From NCBI GenBank assembly GCA_002633005.1, contig NMRA01000216.1:406441-470440 (forward strand): a stretch of 64,000 nt of DNA. Direction: 5' to 3'. Numbering within the stretch: the stretch's first letter is position 1; every line of letters begins with the position of its first letter. The translations under genes were made by a program, and so were the position numbers. This stretch comes from Phoronis australis. Lineage: Eukaryota; Animalia; Phoronida. Positions 1 to 11,202 of this stretch are shown here, piece after piece. The notes beneath the pieces are model-generated. The model saw only the letters and a program-made list of their open reading frames with translations. It was not told the DNA's origin and made no database searches.

Positions 1-179
1 AGGAAAGCTTCGCTGGCAATGGGGTGTCCATCCTCATTCATGGCACAGCTATCATCTGCTCCATCGATCCAGTAGCCTCCCCCCTTTGGCTGCATCACCA
101 GTGGGTAGGGACCAGGCAGTTTTAGTCTTTCCTCCACTGACTGGTAAGAATCGCGTCTCTTCTGTGGTGTACTATCATT
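1..179 (-). CDS. RAP1GAP: RAP1GAP internal exon (truncated by the window edge), start of the conserved region upstream of the GAP domain
   Basis: The acceptor tgtttttgtttacctgcag| is followed in phase 0 by NDSTPQKRRDSYQSVEERLKLPGPYPLVMQPKGGGYWIDGADDSCAMNEDGHPIASEAF. This resembles human RAP1GAP [27 protein letters not shown] (recalled). Confidence 0.92.
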
Positions 180-303
180 CTGCAGGTAAACAAAAACATT
201 TTGAAACAGCTGGTCATTAGGCCACTGTTGAGGCTACTATTTTTGGGTAATTTGACAAATCTATGAGGTTGAAAATCAGTCTGAGGAAAAAAATAATGGT
301 GAT

Positions 304-462
304 CAGTAGCGGATTTAGAGGGGGGCCAAGGGGGCCACGGCCCCCCCTAAAATTCTCCCAGATTCCATTTCGCAGAACTGGGGTGCGAATATCTGACAGC
401 CAAAATTCTGGCAATACTCTGCCCTGGCCCCCCTTAAACTCAAAATCCTGGATCCGCCCCTG
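304..462. mobile_element. MITE family A (~160 bp), full-length copy
   Basis: Imperfect TIRs cagtagcggattt / ggatccgcccctg, flanked by a 5-bp direct repeat gtgat (299-303 and 463-467). Related copies lie at 34385, 53775 and 61621. Confidence 0.85.
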
Positions 463-1792
463 GTGATTTCTTTTGTTTTCAACTTCATGAAACTGACGCA
501 ACCCTGCTTCTCACTAATGCGTTTTCATGCTTTTCAGCATCAAATTTTTATTTTCCATGAACAAGTTATTCTGGCAAAAATGTAAGAAATATCATACTGG
601 AGTTTTCAACAGACACATTTAGGCTTCTTAGATAACCCCTGTGTACCCATAAAGTTTCCGCAGATACGCCTTAGAATTACCGGCATTTAGAAAAAAAATG
701 CATATCTGAATCCTGAAACTTTTCCGGGTGCAGTTTCATAGGAAATGGACAACAAAGCCATAACTTAAAAGTAATTATCAACAATACAAACTTCAATCTG
801 ATTAAACAATTTACATATTTTGTTACGATAGTTTACAGAGAAAAGAGCCACTTGCTTTCAGGCTACAGTGTTGATACACATGTATTCGTCACTTCCAATT
901 ATAAGCCTTGATTTCTGTTCCCCAAACTGCTATTTCCCAAATGCACATCTCATGTTTGTCTGCCAAAAGCTCCGGTAGTGATTTTTACCATTGCCAAGCA
1001 CAACTGAATTCATGGACTCAAAGTATGACATCCAAAATGAACGACATCTTTTCCACCAGACTGTTATATCTTTACATATTCAATGCAAGGTCACAAACTC
1101 AATCTGGTCTTTTTCATGGTCTTCCAATGTAAGGAAACAGTCACTGTCGGAGAAAAATCTGCCATGAAGAAATTTCCAAGGGAACCTTTTTACCCAGATC
1201 TCAAAAATCTCTAAGATCCCTAGGCATACCTACAACACTGGCAAATACAATTAATGTGCTGTTTGAGTACAACAACCAGAGGCTTCTTCATTTCCTGAAG
1301 CAAAATGATTGATGAGATCATGAGACAATTCCTCCGCAAACATTTGGGGTTTTGTTACCACAACACCTTAGCGAGCCTAATCCAAACTGTCATAATGGAT
1401 TCAAAAATTGATGATTATTGTTGCTAATAGCCGTGATGCTGAAGAAAATCTATTTGTTAATTTTTTCTTATCCAGCCTCGATTTTAAAAATTCAAAGATA
1501 GCCAAGATTTACTTTCCAAACCAACATGTTTGTATTTTTCCTTACTTATTGTTCGTTTTTTTACTTTGAAACTTGTTTGCTAAACAGGCGTGTTGATTTA
1601 CGACCGCAATTATCGCAACCGGCACGTTCAGCCAAGCCTATGAATAGCAAGAAGCTCCCTTCAATCTGTGACAGCGCCATCAGGCCTTTGATGTGCCGAG
1701 GAGTTCGCTGGATATACTGGAGTAAACAGTGCACCCTTTCTTGTTAGCATAAGACTAGACTTGCCTAATACATTAACCAAAGGCGGCACAGT

Positions 1793-1920
1793 CCGGGGGG
1801 GGACTCCCAAAAAGGATGGATACGAGATGTGCTCCTCAAAAGAGTGACCTTTTCACGAGTTTTCCCTATGAAAGAGAACATTTTTCGACATCTTAACTTC
1901 CCTACGGAATGGTGCATTTT
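1793..1920 (+). mobile_element. Possible terminus remnant of an EnSpm/CMC-like non-autonomous element
   Basis: ccgggggggggactccca... start followed by short ttccctatgaaag / ttccctacggaat subterminal repeats. No partner end was found. Confidence 0.3.
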
Positions 1921-2480
1921 CTGACAAAATTGCTTTAAAATGTTCACTCAGGGAGTTTTAAATGCCATACAAGATTCCTTTTCCAACTGCACAAGTCTAC
2001 AGAAGAGTTTTCTGATTACCTACACTTTAAAATATGTTGTTCCAAGAACGTATATCTAAACCAGGAACATGTACTGGAGATCCCGAGACACTTTATTTAA
2101 CATTGTCAGGGAAGTGCAGCTTAAGGGCAGCCTCATCATAATAGGTGACCTCATTTGATAGAGCATACAAGAAAATCAACCGCACATATTGTACAGCCCC
2201 TGGCCTATGATCCGCAACTGGGAAAACTGAAAGCTCGGCTTGAACTGGCAACAACACTCAGCTGTTGGGCACAGTGGTTTATTTTCAACATCTAGGATTA
2301 AATTGAGAGGGTAGAAAGAAGAAATAATGAACAGTCAATAGTGAACCGGCGTCGAAATCTGTTAATTTAAAACAATTAAAGGAACAAGGAAAAGAATACA
2401 TGGGCAGGTGAGACAACAGGTGGCAGTAGGATAACAGGTGAGCTGGGACAATTAGCCAGGAGTCACAACACTAGCGTCAC

Positions 2481-2561
2481 CTTGTGGACAGGAAGGGGAC
2501 TACGCTGATCCTCGTAGCGTCTGTCCTGATAATCCATCAGTGAGTCGAACAACGTGTCCAT
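2481..2561 (-). CDS. RAP1GAP: Second, divergent GoLoco/GPR-motif exon of RAP1GAP (81 nt, phase 0-0, or an alternative ATG-start exon)
   Basis: gttattctag|ATG...AAG|gtgacg encodes MDTLFDSLMDYQDRRYEDQRSPLPVHK, matching the GoLoco pattern (F-D-x-L-x3-Q-x-x-R-x-(D/E)-D-Q-R-x-x-L-P). It is in frame with the 1-179 exon. Confidence 0.78.
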
Positions 2562-3300
2562 CTAGAATAACATCGCACCTACTCAAATATCATGAACCCG
2601 TTTCTATGATGACAGCTGCACAGGCATGCTACAATTTTGCAGCCAATGAGTTAACAACGAGACAATAACAGGAAAACGCAATTGATAGATTGTGCAATTT
2701 TTGTTCCAAGTTGATAAAGTTCTCTGGAAAATACTCCTAAGGTCTCACAGTCATATAACGAATGGACAAATTTTGACGTGACCTCAACATCTAAACAGAT
2801 CAGATGAAACAATTGATGGACTGTTTTCCATAAGAGGTCATGTGGCATACTAAAAAAATAAAGAGCTCACTTACACTAATTGCATTACTTGTGACGTCAA
2901 ATGAAATCTTCTTAACAAGATGGACAGATCCCGGGATACGGTATTTTAGATCGTATTACATGTTATAAAAAATCTGTCAGCGAGATTTCGAATAGCATTT
3001 ATGAATTTCATACCATATGAACAATAAAAATATGTCCAGGGGCAATCTTTTTAAGTATATTATAATAAAAAATCTTAGTCTGCAAGATTCCAAAGGGCAT
3101 TCCTGAATTTCCCAGGACATAAACAACATTACACAAGTTGCTGCTCGCGCAGTTCCGAAGCACTATGCTGAATTTTGCATGTTACGAGCGATCAAAATAT
3201 TGCCTGCAAAATTGCAAAATGCATTCGTGAAAAAAACATTTGTGTACAAGATTCAGAAAAGCAAACTTCAACTAAATAAATGCAAAAAAACAATAAGAAA

Positions 3301-3741
3301 TTGTTGGCAAGATTCCCCAATGCATTCTTGTTCCCATGATATAAACAATAAAAAAATAACATCCTTTGCACTAAATTCCAAAATGCATATGTTAGTTGAA
3401 TTTTTGTATGCAGGAAATTATTCAAACTTTCGGTACTACTCATAGTGAAAGTACTATCAGCAATTAAATAACGACTATTTCCCGGTTTCCAGGCCAAAAC
3501 ATGATCTGTGAAAGGACATGATTGTTGGCAAGATTCCCCAATGCATTCTTGTTCCCATGATATAAACAAAAAAAAATAACATCCTTTGCACTAAATTCCA
3601 AAATGCATATGTTAGTTGAATTTTTGTATGCAGGAAATTATTCAAACTTTCGGTACTACTCATAGTGAAAGTACTATCAGCAATTAAATAACGACTATTT
3701 CCCGGTTTCCAGGCCAAAACATGATCTGTGAAAGGACATGA
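3301..3741. repeat. Near-perfect tandem duplication, 2 x ~221 bp
   Basis: 3301-3521 and 3522-3741 differ only in the A-run (aaacaataaaaaaataac vs aaacaaaaaaaaataac). Older diverged relatives lie at ~2960-3130. Confidence 0.95.
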
Positions 3742-3984
3742 TCGATGACTCAACATGAAACATGACAGGATATGGTGCTTATTGAAAGGACGCCAAAGAA
3801 ACAGAAATTTGATCTGGTAAGATGGATATAAGGAAGTAAGAAATAAAACGACTCACTTCATTATGTTCACCCGGATGGACCATAGTAATACACTGAATTT
3901 AAGATTGTGGGTGAAGCTTTTTACCAAAATTCTAATTTGCATTTGCAAAAAAATTTTCCTGCTAAGGACTGAAAAATTAATTAT

Positions 3985-4287
3985 TTTGCTCAGGGTTGAA
4001 ACTGATTCCAAATTTTAGAAATAGGAAATATTGGCTGTCCAAGTTCAAGAATTACGATCAACGACATGCAAGCACTCAGGAAACGTTCCATCGCCAGTTA
4101 CTTTCTATGATTTTATGAACTGCCAAGTCTATTCTCAGATTCCGACACTATGTCCAATATTTGAGAAAATATAGTGAATGCTAAAATCGCTCAGGTTCCT
4201 ATCTTTTGCATCAAGGAAATTCAAATTCGCCATGAATTTCGGTGCCTCAAATTTCAGAGACTGTCCCAAACTGTAGAACTTTTACCG
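3985..4287. mobile_element. TA-target MITE family E, partial copy
   Basis: Similar along its length to 10839-11202. Ends ...gagactgtcccaaactgtagaacttttaccg|ta. Confidence 0.55.
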
Positions 4288-5258
4288 TAATTGAATGATG
4301 CAAGGTGCTCAGCCTGAGAATCCCCGACTTCTATCTATCACTGACCTATATGCCACATGGGAATTCTTTCTTAGAAATACGGGACTTCGATGCTGTTTAG
4401 TTGCCAATGTCGAATCGTAAGCTGAAAATGCTTCTAGGTTCCAAAAATGTACCTCATTCAACAGATCCTGAATTATTGCCGAATGAGCCAGCAACTTAGT
4501 CACAGGCAATGAATACATTTGCCGTATTTGCAGTTTTAAAGTTTCTTGCCGGCCATCGTTGATGATTTTGAAGTTCTTGTTGGTAACAGAAATCAATTGC
4601 AATCGTGTTAAGGAATATTATGAGACTGATTTTGTGACCTAAAATTCCTCTTAAGTTCATTTTTCATTTGTGGAAGCTAACAACCTAATTAAGGGAATGC
4701 CAGTGATTGCACAAGCGACACTGGTGAGCGCAGAAGACCCAGAGACATTTGTAAGCTGAAGTTAATCTCCTTATTCAAAGATATATTGAGAAGAAACACC
4801 CTTAATCCCAAACTGCGAAACAAAAAGGTCAAGAGGTAAAATGTACACTCGGTCACTTACGTAGCATAAAATATTTTTTTGAAAACAGAAATGCAACAGC
4901 CACCGGGTCCCAGATTTTCAGGGCCAGTTTGATGCCTGTTATTCACTGAGTGAGAAAAAACGGTTCTCAAAATGCCAGGCCCATGTAAGTGGCTATTACA
5001 GAAAAGCTAACTCTCAATGAAACTCCCAGCCAGCTGTAAAAATGCAGTTTAAACCACCCAAAGAGGTAAAAAGTCTTTCCTACGTGGTAATTTTGAGCGA
5101 CCAAAATGAAGAAAGTGTGCTAGCGATTGGATAACAAGTTCAGACGAAGGTTTTAGAACTAACTCATTTAAGCAACAGACTCTAGCTGCAGAGATCATAG
5201 TGTCTGATATCTGATCTTACTAACTCTACTAATCACCACCAGGGGGTGCTTCTCTCAC

Positions 5259-5342
5259 CTGGAACATCTTGGGAAGGTCACAGCGCTGGTCATCAATACG
5301 GCTGCTTTGGATTCGTACCAACATTTCAAACAGGTCACTTTG
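5259..5342 (-). CDS. RAP1GAP: Canonical GoLoco/GPR-motif exon of RAP1GAP (84 nt, phase 0-0)
   Basis: tttctcatttacag|...|gtgaga encodes QSDLFEMLVRIQSSRIDDQRCDLPKMFQ. Compare human RAP1GAP TDLFEMIEKMQGSRMDEQRCSFP (recalled). Confidence 0.92.
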
Positions 5343-6959
5343 CTGTAAATGAGAAACAGTCGTGGATTGGATTATCACTGTACAAACTAAGCTGCTTCCT
5401 TGGGGCTATCAAAGACATAGCTCATGATATGGACATATTTAAAGATTTTTTATGCCATTTGTGTTGTGTCAGTTTCTTGACATACAAGAGTTAAATAAAA
5501 CATTGCCTCAATGTAGATAAAGCATTGTTAGTTAGTCTTAACTGACAAAATGTGAACTCTTCATCGCACATTCTCTAACAGAGATGGACGTAGTCAAAGA
5601 CAGTTGGAAAAAGTCCCGAATACATAAATTAGGGATGGACGATAACTGTGGAATGGCATTTAAAAGTGAAGGTTTTGAAACATCGGGATTGCGTTACGTT
5701 ATAGAAGAATATGGAAGAATACGGTAGTCTGGGATAACAATATTTCTTTTATCGATTAAAGTAAAATTGGCTTGGTGTGATTGACATTTAATGTATTTTG
5801 TAGAAAGCTTGTGAATGAAATCAACTATTGAGCCTGTGAAATGGAATTCATGAATACCAAAAACTATTCATAGATGTTCAATTGCAGAAGTAGCTTACAT
5901 TCTTTACTTGTTTTGTTTTTGCTTAGCTGCCTCAGTTTGTAGCTTTATTTAAGCCAAAAGATGTCATTTCAAAAGCATTCAGATTTAATCACAGAACTAG
6001 AATCTCATTTCTATTGTCACATTTCAAATCAGATGAAGCAAGGAAAAATGAAGTGTTGTGAAAAGTGAGCTGATCATGCTAAGTGGAGAGTCTGAGTGTA
6101 ATATAGATAAGGAGGAAAGGACCAACTTTTATCTTGGCACCGAGTTCCCATAAGGCAGCTGAACTGAAGATGAAGGTTGGTTTTTAGATAATCAAGTGAA
6201 GGTACATGGCCTAATAAATGAATGAGAATCAGAATATGACAATAATTCATGACATTATCTAGGTTGTTTTACAGGGGTTTAATAGTAGATGATTAGGTTT
6301 TTGACATTTTATGGCAATAACTAGGATATTCTATTATCCGCTATGACATTAAGTGGGCTCCAATCTTCCTCCTTCCACATCACGTTATAAAGCTCTCAAA
6401 ATCCTCTCAACCCATTGCAATGTAATAGAAAACATTACATGTAATGTTTCCAGACAACAAGCAACCAAATCCTACAAGGTGACAGATTAGTCACGCAATA
6501 AAAAGGAAACACAAAAGGGAAGTCTAAAAATATATCAAACATGGTTCCACCTCATTCTTCTTATTCTTTTGTGAATTCATGTGCAAAGCTTATAATTTAG
6601 TGAGTTTACAGCTGAGCAATTTCTATTTTTGAATTTTATTAGCGGTTTAAAATAGAAATTGAAAGATGTTTGCATTGTTAGAGAAGACGTAAACCCACTT
6701 TCCTTAAAAAAATAACTTATAATTTAGACCAATACTGCCACAAAACTGATCTCAACTTGATTGTTACGCAGATGAAGAGATGAAGACTAATTTCTGAGCT
6801 TGGAAAAATCTGACAGTTGTTTCTTGAGAAGGCTGGTTTACAGCAGATTTAAAATTGTTGTGGTTAATACATAAGTGATTTAATGTTACAAAGGGGAAAT
6901 TTTTAGAGAATCCAAAAGAACGAAAATACAAAATGATAAGTATAAAAAGAGCAAAGTCT

Positions 6960-8742
6960 AAACAAGAGCAACGCGGAGCATTGAAATGCGTCCATGAATG
7001 CATCGCAAATGATGTGCTTTTAGGGATATTTATTTGTATCATAAAAATGGCAACTAGGTGGCGCAAAAACGTACAATCCATCCAAAAATGGGAACATGCC
7101 ATATTTCATAAAAATCTGTCAAGGAACTTTAGAGAAACACAAAGGAAAACAGAATAAAATGAAAGTGCCACCTGTGGGCACAGCGTCCATTGGATCTGCC
7201 TGAAAGTTGTCGTCTGTTTTTATTCTCATTTTAATGCACTTACTAAATTTAATAAAGATCCTGCAGTGGGTTTAGGAGATACAGCTATGGGCACAAAACA
7301 AAACAAAACTACCACAAGGAGGCGCCACAGTAGTTAGTGACGCCATCATCAAATGTCCTCTTCACACTGAAAACATATACGCCAATTTTTAAAACAATCC
7401 CTAGAATGATTTGGTGGAGAGAGGAGTGGATGCAAAAAAACAAGACTCGAAAACAGTAAAAATGGCCACTAGGTGGCGCAAACCACGCCGAATCCATCTG
7501 AAAACGGGAGGATGGGATCATCTCACCAATAGATGCTTATATTCAAAATTTCATGAAAATCTGTTGAGGAACTTTGAAGATAAAGACTGATAAACGTAAA
7601 AAAATAAAATTGCCAATAGGGGGCACACCAGTAGTCAGATCCGTCCGAAAGTCATCGTCGTTTGTTGTCAACATCATGTAAATACACTTGCTAAATTGAG
7701 GAAAGATCCTGCAAACGGTTTAGGAGATACAGCCATGAGCACAAAAAACTGCCACTAGGAGGCGCCACAGTAGTCAAAGTCATCGGAAAATCATTGTCAG
7801 CCGTGTACTTCATAGTAAAAACATACATGCTAATTTTCACAATTATCATGAAGGCGGTTTGGTTGATAGACGAGTGGATGCCAAAAAACAGATTCGTAAA
7901 CAGTAAAAATGGCCATTAGGTGACGCAAAGTAGGTTGAATCCATCTAAAAACGGAGAGATAGCATCATTTCATTAACAGATGCCTGTATGCCAAATTTTA
8001 TGAAAATACCTTGAGGACCTTTCAACATATAGAAGTAAACGTAAAAAAAAATAAAATTGCCACTAGGTGGCACACCAGTAGCCAGATCTGTCCGAAGGTC
8101 GTCTTCCTCTGTTGCTAACATAATATAAATATACTATCTAAATTTAGTACAGATCCTGAAAACGGTTTAGGAGATACAGCCATAGGTGCAAAAAAACAAA
8201 ACTGCCACTAGGAGGCACCACAATAGTTGGAAAATCATTGTCAGTCGTCCACTTCATAGTAGGAACATACATGCCAATTTTCACAATCATCCTTTGATCG
8301 GTTTGGTTAATAGAGGGGTGGACACAAAAAACAGACTCGAAACCAGTAAAAATAGCCCTTAGGTGGCACAAACTACGGCGAATCCATCCGAAAACAAGAA
8401 GATAGCATCACGTCACTAATGATGTGCCTATATACCAAATTTTACAAAAATCCGTTAAGGACTTTTGAAGATACAGAGGTAAATGTAAAGAACTAAAATT
8501 GCCACTAGGGGGCACACCGGAAGTCGGATCCGTCCAAAAGTTCGGTCATATTGTCCCATCCACAGAAGGAACACGTGCAAACTTTTATGAACATACCTCA
8601 AGGCGTTTTGGAGATAGAGCAGTGGACGCCAGACACCGGACGCCGGACGGACAGACAGACAGACGGACAGTCGGGCGGACGAACGGACAGACGGAGATGA
8701 CGGCATAATGCGTCCACATATAAATATGTGGGCGCATAAAAA
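6960..8742 (-). mobile_element. DINE-1/HINE-like non-autonomous Helentron-associated element with internal ~448-bp tandem repeats
   Basis: In minus orientation: a T-run, then the subTIR/IR hairpin atgcgcccacata-tatgtggacgcat (8708-8737), then a (GTCC/GTCT)n microsatellite (~8640-8695). About 3.5 central repeat units follow (agatcctg at ~7256, 7704, 8151), then the matching subTIR (6985-6994), a short stem-loop (6969-6983) and a ctcttgttt end. Confidence 0.85.
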
Positions 8743-9900
8743 GCATTGTGTTGTGTTTTTCATATCTGAAAAGGAACTTAATTGGAATATAAACATTGAG
8801 ATTTTTTAAAAACATGTAAAATAGATACATCAATTACCTTTATTAGCCAAAAGTAATTGACAAAATCAACATTTTTGTTCACCAACTCCTTTGAAACACA
8901 TAAATCAAAATGCACTGCCAAGTACAATGCAGAACATGTGAGTGGCTTAAAATTTGCTGAATACTTATTCTTGTCGTGTGATTTGACAAAATAATTTTCC
9001 TTACATAGTGTAATAAATTGACAAAGAATTATTGTATTAATAATGCAATATATTAAAATACATTTTGTTTCTGTTTTATTATTACATGTGTTTTACAGAA
9101 ATCATTGGAAGTGTGCAAACATCAACAAATGTGCCAAAATTGTGCGGGGGCTTACATCCCCTGTAGTGAAAATGTACTTGGAGTTACACTAACTTAAGTG
9201 CACATTAATACCTGCCTCTTTATCCGCTTCATGCGCAAAAATGTTTTAAGAAATTACGAATATCTTAATTTAAACTGTGTAGATGCGACACAACAAATTT
9301 GGCAAATATTCAATTTTTTTCACCCCGTTTAGCTCACTAAAAATGCACAGAGAATTAGAAGGCCTTTTACTCTCACAAAATTGGTCTCATATATTCCTTA
9401 CCCAAATAGGATTCAATCCTGAAATTGCGATTGCTAACAGAAAGAGAATCCTATTACGGTAAGTAATACTACAAGACTGTTTTTATGAGAATAAAATGCC
9501 TAATTCAATTTTCGTATTTTAGCCAGCTAAACAGAGCGAAATGCAGCTTAGCATTAATTGCTTTAAGTTAATCACCTTTTGAAAATTACCAAATGACAAT
9601 GTTGCCAATAGTTCTCAGGCAAAACGAGTGAAGAATTGCCGTTCTCAAATTTGGTCCAAACTCGAACTTCTGAAAGTCAGCTTCCATGCATTAATACCTA
9701 AAAACAACTCTACCCCTTACCTTGTCCGACTCTGCCTCCACCACTCCCTTCCTCTTGGGGTCTGTTGTAGGCAGATGGCTCTCACAGTACAACTGAGAGT
9801 CCATCGCTTGTCTCCTAAAATATAATAGAAACGCACTTAATTGCAAAGTACCACTTGTTAGCAACTGACACTTTTCGACATGAGCTAACCAGCTCTCAAC

Positions 9901-9970
9901 CATGGGTGGCGCAGCACTGAAAAAAGTGGGGGCTATAGCACCCCCAGCCCCCTATGGTGCGCCGCCCATG
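9901..9970. mobile_element. Tiny MITE family B (70 bp)
   Basis: TIRs catgggtggcgca / tgcgccgcccatg. Flanks tcaac / ttaac (4 of 5 match). Inverted sister copy at 53517-53585. Confidence 0.85.
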
Positions 9971-10324
9971 TTAACTGATCATCACCACCACCAAAAGTCA
10001 AATACGCTAATGGTAACGATATGTGAAATTCAGTAACTATGATTATAACCAAACCTGTGCACATTAATGGCGGATAAAGACTAGACTTTTGAAGAATGTA
10101 CACAAGTTTGCAGCATGATAGACCACTTGGACAGCTGTTCTTGTATTATATTATATTGGTCAAAGAAACAAAAATTTTAAACTCTTCCGGTTTTGTCAAA
10201 AGATATCAACATAATTAGATCATAAAATTTACAACAAACCACCCCTATTTGTTTTGATTTCGGTTTCAACAGACAATGGCCTTTTGCAGGCTTAGTCACC
10301 TTATTATCATATTCAATCGTATCA

Positions 10325-10490
10325 TGGTGAAATCTTACCAAATTTCGGACAAAAACTGATATTTTTTCATTTTTCAAAGACTTCTAACATTGTCACTGAA
10401 GTTCATGTTTCAAATAATTGTCTGGTGGTATCTATAGTATAGCACTTACAAAGAGCTTTTTCAATTCGTTGTGAAACAATATTTGGCTGT
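10325..10490. mobile_element. TA-target MITE family D, partial copy
   Basis: ggtgaaatcttaccaaatttcggacaaaaa...tttttcatttttcaaag matches the left end of 49164-49416. Confidence 0.6.
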
Positions 10491-10838
10491 GTTAGCGTGT
10501 AAACTGGTGGTTGTCACATCAGTGAACCATCGATTCGAAACTTAGTGAAACTGGTCCTTCAGGAGTCGTGAAATTAACATGAATTTGTGAACAAAATTCG
10601 GATTTGGATGACGAGAAGGGAGACAAATTGATGGAAACCAGTGGTGTTACAAATATTTGTCATGATCTGTGAAAAATGAATATTGAAATCAGTAATTTTT
10701 CCTTCATGAACTGTGACACGACAAAACCTTCAGCGAACTACAATTATTTTACGCTAATTATTGAAGAAATAATCTTTTACTTGTCAGCCACTTTGTGTTT
10801 TCAATTCAATCAAGGTGACATTTTACAGTTGGTAGTTA

Positions 10839-11202
10839 CCGTAAAACTTTTCCAATTTGAGACAGTGAAAATTTAGGTCAGGGCTTGCACCAAATTTTCA
10901 AAATAAGCAATACTGGTCACCTCAAAATTCAAGAATTATGATAAATGACAAACGTTCATTCACCTCAATGTTCTCTACAGGAGAGGGACTCGTGAAAACG
11001 TTAGGTCAGTGGTCGTTTTTAACAATTGTATCAACTGCCAAGTATATTTTCAGACTTTGTTGACACCAAATGCAGTGCCTTACATTTCAGAAATACGTTT
11101 AATGCCAAAATTATCCCAAACTTCAGAATGAAGAAAATTCGATTTCATCTTCATTCCGGGGCCCAAATTTTAGAGACTCTCCCAAACAGAGAATTTATAC
11201 TG
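10839..11202. mobile_element. TA-target (Tc1/mariner-like) MITE family E, ~365 bp
   Basis: ta|ccgtaaaacttttccaatttgagacagt ... gactctcccaaacagagaatttatactg form imperfect TIRs. Internal similarity to 3985-4287. Confidence 0.6.

Noticed and set aside
3192-3756. Paired similar ORFs (125 aa and 93 aa)
   Set aside because: They are by-products of the 221-bp tandem duplication, with no recognisable domain or splice support.
8455-8833. ORFs with SVRPSVCLSV-like text
   Set aside because: They are translations of the HINE (GTCC/GTCT)n microsatellite.
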